A stretch of DNA of 29,983 nt, taken from contig CALPIW020000001.1 in NCBI GenBank assembly GCA_943323725.2, positions 1 through 29,983 of the forward strand, read 5' to 3'. Each line of letters opens with the position of its first letter. Position 1 is the stretch's first letter. The position numbers were made by a program, and so were the translations under genes. Shown here piece after piece: positions 28,312 through 29,983 of this stretch. A model generated the notes under the pieces. It made no database searches. It saw nothing but the letters and a program-made list of their open reading frames with translations, and was not told the DNA's origin. The DNA is from Polynucleobacter meluiroseus. GTDB lineage: Bacteria > Verrucomicrobiota > Verrucomicrobiia > Opitutales > UBA953.

Positions 28312-29628
28312 TCATCCCAACTTCAACGCCCCGCCTTCGCAGAGGCTCGGATTGCCGAAAGTCTTCATAGGATGACCGAAGCCCTGGGCGATCGCCATGA
28401 GCAGACGGTTGTGCGGCTCCTTCTTGAACTTCACCGCGCGACCGGTCTTGAAGCCAAGGCCGCCGCCGATGAGCACCCAGGGGATATCCTCGAGCGTGTG
28501 GCTGTTGCCCTTCCCGAGTTCGTTGGTCCAGATGATGGTGGTGTTGTCCAGCATGTTACCCTTGCCGTCCGGCTCCGGGGTCTCTTGGAGGCGCTTCGCG
28601 AGGTGGGCGATCTGCTCGGCGAACCAGGTGTTGATCTTGGTGAGCTTGTCGACCGAGCCGGTGTTGAGGTCCGGATCGTGCGAGAGCGCATGGTGGCCTT
28701 CGTCGATACCGATCCACTTCATGCGGGCGCCGCCCACGGAGTTGGTGAACTGGAACGTCGAGATGCGCGCCATGTCGTTCTGGAAGGCGCTGATGAGGAG
28801 TTCGGTCTGCAGGCGCGTGATCTGCGGGATACTGTCGTTCTCCAGGGGCACGCCGGGCTCCGGCGGATGCGGCACCTTGAGCGCGGCCTGCGACTGGCTT
28901 TCCTTGAGGCCACGCTCGAGCTCGCGCAGAGCGGTCGCGTGCTGGTCCAGCAGCGCGCGGTCGCCCTTGTCCACGGCCTTCGAGACCTTGGCGATATCTT
29001 CCTTCAGGCCGTCGAGGACGGAGCCGAGGTTCTCGCCTTCCTTCATCGAGCCGTAGAGCTTGTCGAAGAGTTCGTAAGGACTGGAGATGGGCGCGACGGG
29101 CTGATTGGCGCCGGCGTAGCTCCAGCGCGTCCAAGGGTCGGCGCGGTTGCCGACGGCGACGCCGATCTCGAGCGACCCCAGGCGGGTCTTGGTCTGCGGG
29201 TTCGCCTGCAGATAGGTGCGCAGCGTCTGGTCGATGGAAGGACCGCTGGCCCAGCCGGCGGGCGCGCCGCCCCCGCCCATGATGTTGCCGGGGAAGAGCT
29301 CGATGCCGGTGAGCAGGCAGCTCATGCCGCGCATGTGCGAATCGCCGTCGCCGCGGACGCGGTTGTTGACGCCCTTGAGCGTGAGCAGCTTGTCCTTGAA
29401 CGGCTCGAAGGGCTTCATGATCGCCTTAAGCTGGAAGTCCGCGCCTTCCTCGTCGGGCCAGAAAGCCGGCGGGACGATGCCGTTGGGCGAGAAGACGAAG
29501 ATGACGCGCTGGCGACGGCCGGCGGCCGGCTCGGCGGCGCCGAGCGTGGCGAGTCCGCCGAGGAGCGGCAGCGCGGCGGCCGATAGGCCGAGGCGACGGA
29601 GGAATTCGCGACGATGTTGGAGGGTCAT
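28312..29628 (-). CDS. DUF1552 domain protein, Tat-exported
   Basis: Tat motif RREFLR; FVFSPNG, GPSIDQ, HHALSH, G-x-M-L-D-N-T...NELG-x-G-N-S-H, P-x-x-L-x-GG motifs. Confidence 0.88.
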   Translation of the reverse strand: MTLQHRREFLRRLGLSAAALPLLGGLATLGAAEPAAGRRQRVIFVFSPNGIVPPAFWPDEEGADFQLKAIMKPFEPFKDKLLTLKGVNNRVRGDGDSHMRGMSCLLTGIELFPGNIMGGGGAPAGWASGPSIDQTLRTYLQANPQTKTRLGSLEIGVAVGNRADPWTRWSYAGANQPVAPISSPYELFDKLYGSMKEGENLGSVLDGLKEDIAKVSKAVDKGDRALLDQHATALRELERGLKESQSQAALKVPHPPEPGVPLENDSIPQITRLQTELLISAFQNDMARISTFQFTNSVGGARMKWIGIDEGHHALSHDPDLNTGSVDKLTKINTWFAEQIAHLAKRLQETPEPDGKGNMLDNTTIIWTNELGKGNSHTLEDIPWVLIGGGLGFKTGRAVKFKKEPHNRLLMAIAQGFGHPMKTFGNPSLCEGGALKLG

Positions 29629-29632
29629 GGGC

Positions 29633-29983
29633 TTAGCGGGCGGAAGGGGTGGCGGGGGCGGTGACGGTCGGCCGCAGGGCGGCGACGACCGCGACCTCGA
29701 CGGCGAGGTTACGGACGTGGAAGCCGTCGGCCCGGAACTTGTCGGTCAGCTGGCTGACGAGCTCGGGCGAATAGGCGGCCGGGGGCTGCTTCACGAGCGA
29801 GTGGAAGAGATTACGCACGAAGCCGGCCTGACCGGCCTGGCTCTCCGCGGCATGGACGCCCACGTCACGCGCGCCGGTGAGCCTGAGCACGCTGCCGTCG
29901 GCGGCGACGTACTCGGAGACGGGGTCGACGGGCTTCTGATTGTCGGTGGCGCGCACGCGGCCGACGGCGTCGAAACGCTCGAA
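29633..29983 (-). CDS. C-terminal part of a DUF1592/DUF1588/DUF1585-type protein (truncated by window edge)
   Basis: Frame open to the window end: FERFDAVGRVR...PVD...G...; sits directly upstream of DUF1552, its usual partner. Confidence 0.78.
   Translation of the reverse strand, partial: FERFDAVGRVRATDNQKPVDPVSEYVAADGSVLRLTGARDVGVHAAESQAGQAGFVRNLFHSLVKQPPAAYSPELVSQLTDKFRADGFHVRNLAVEVAVVAALRPTVTAPATPSAR

Overview
High-GC bacterial chromosomal window. Gene content points to Verrucomicrobiota, probably Opitutae-like (an Amuc_1100-type pilus cluster, PVC-typical DUF1552/DUF1592-type genes, an alpha/beta-type PDH); this placement is inference. In order: Amuc_1102/1101/1100-like pilus operon (minus strand, running off the left edge, next ATG at position 6), Zn/Mn ABC transporter, short nfeD-floA-yqfB-like operon, orphan phage CII-like regulator, def, an exported hypothetical plus ptsH, pdhABC, SDR, a sugar-catabolism cluster (epimerase, DUF1080, ThuA-like), SGNH esterase, YdjM-like hydrolase-GH16-lpxL, tonB-GT4, sixA, a D-Ala-D-Ala carboxypeptidase, recA, a second SGNH lipoprotein, and DUF1552 plus a partial DUF1592-type gene. 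I see no prophage, transposase, CRISPR array, tRNA, rRNA or defence system. I cannot support a wholly new multi-gene system here. The most notable signals are non-coding: (1) a probable 6S RNA at 27828-27988 that folds convincingly by hand; (2) four GTAG-tagged REP-like hairpins with compensatory substitutions just downstream, with no RAYT in the window; (3) repeated promoter-like elements placed so that mRNAs would be leaderless, with no Shine-Dalgarno sites; (4) a GAAC-N4-GTTC palindrome upstream of recA; (5) a 24-bp palindrome between ptsH and pdhA. All family assignments come from motif reading and recall, not database searches.
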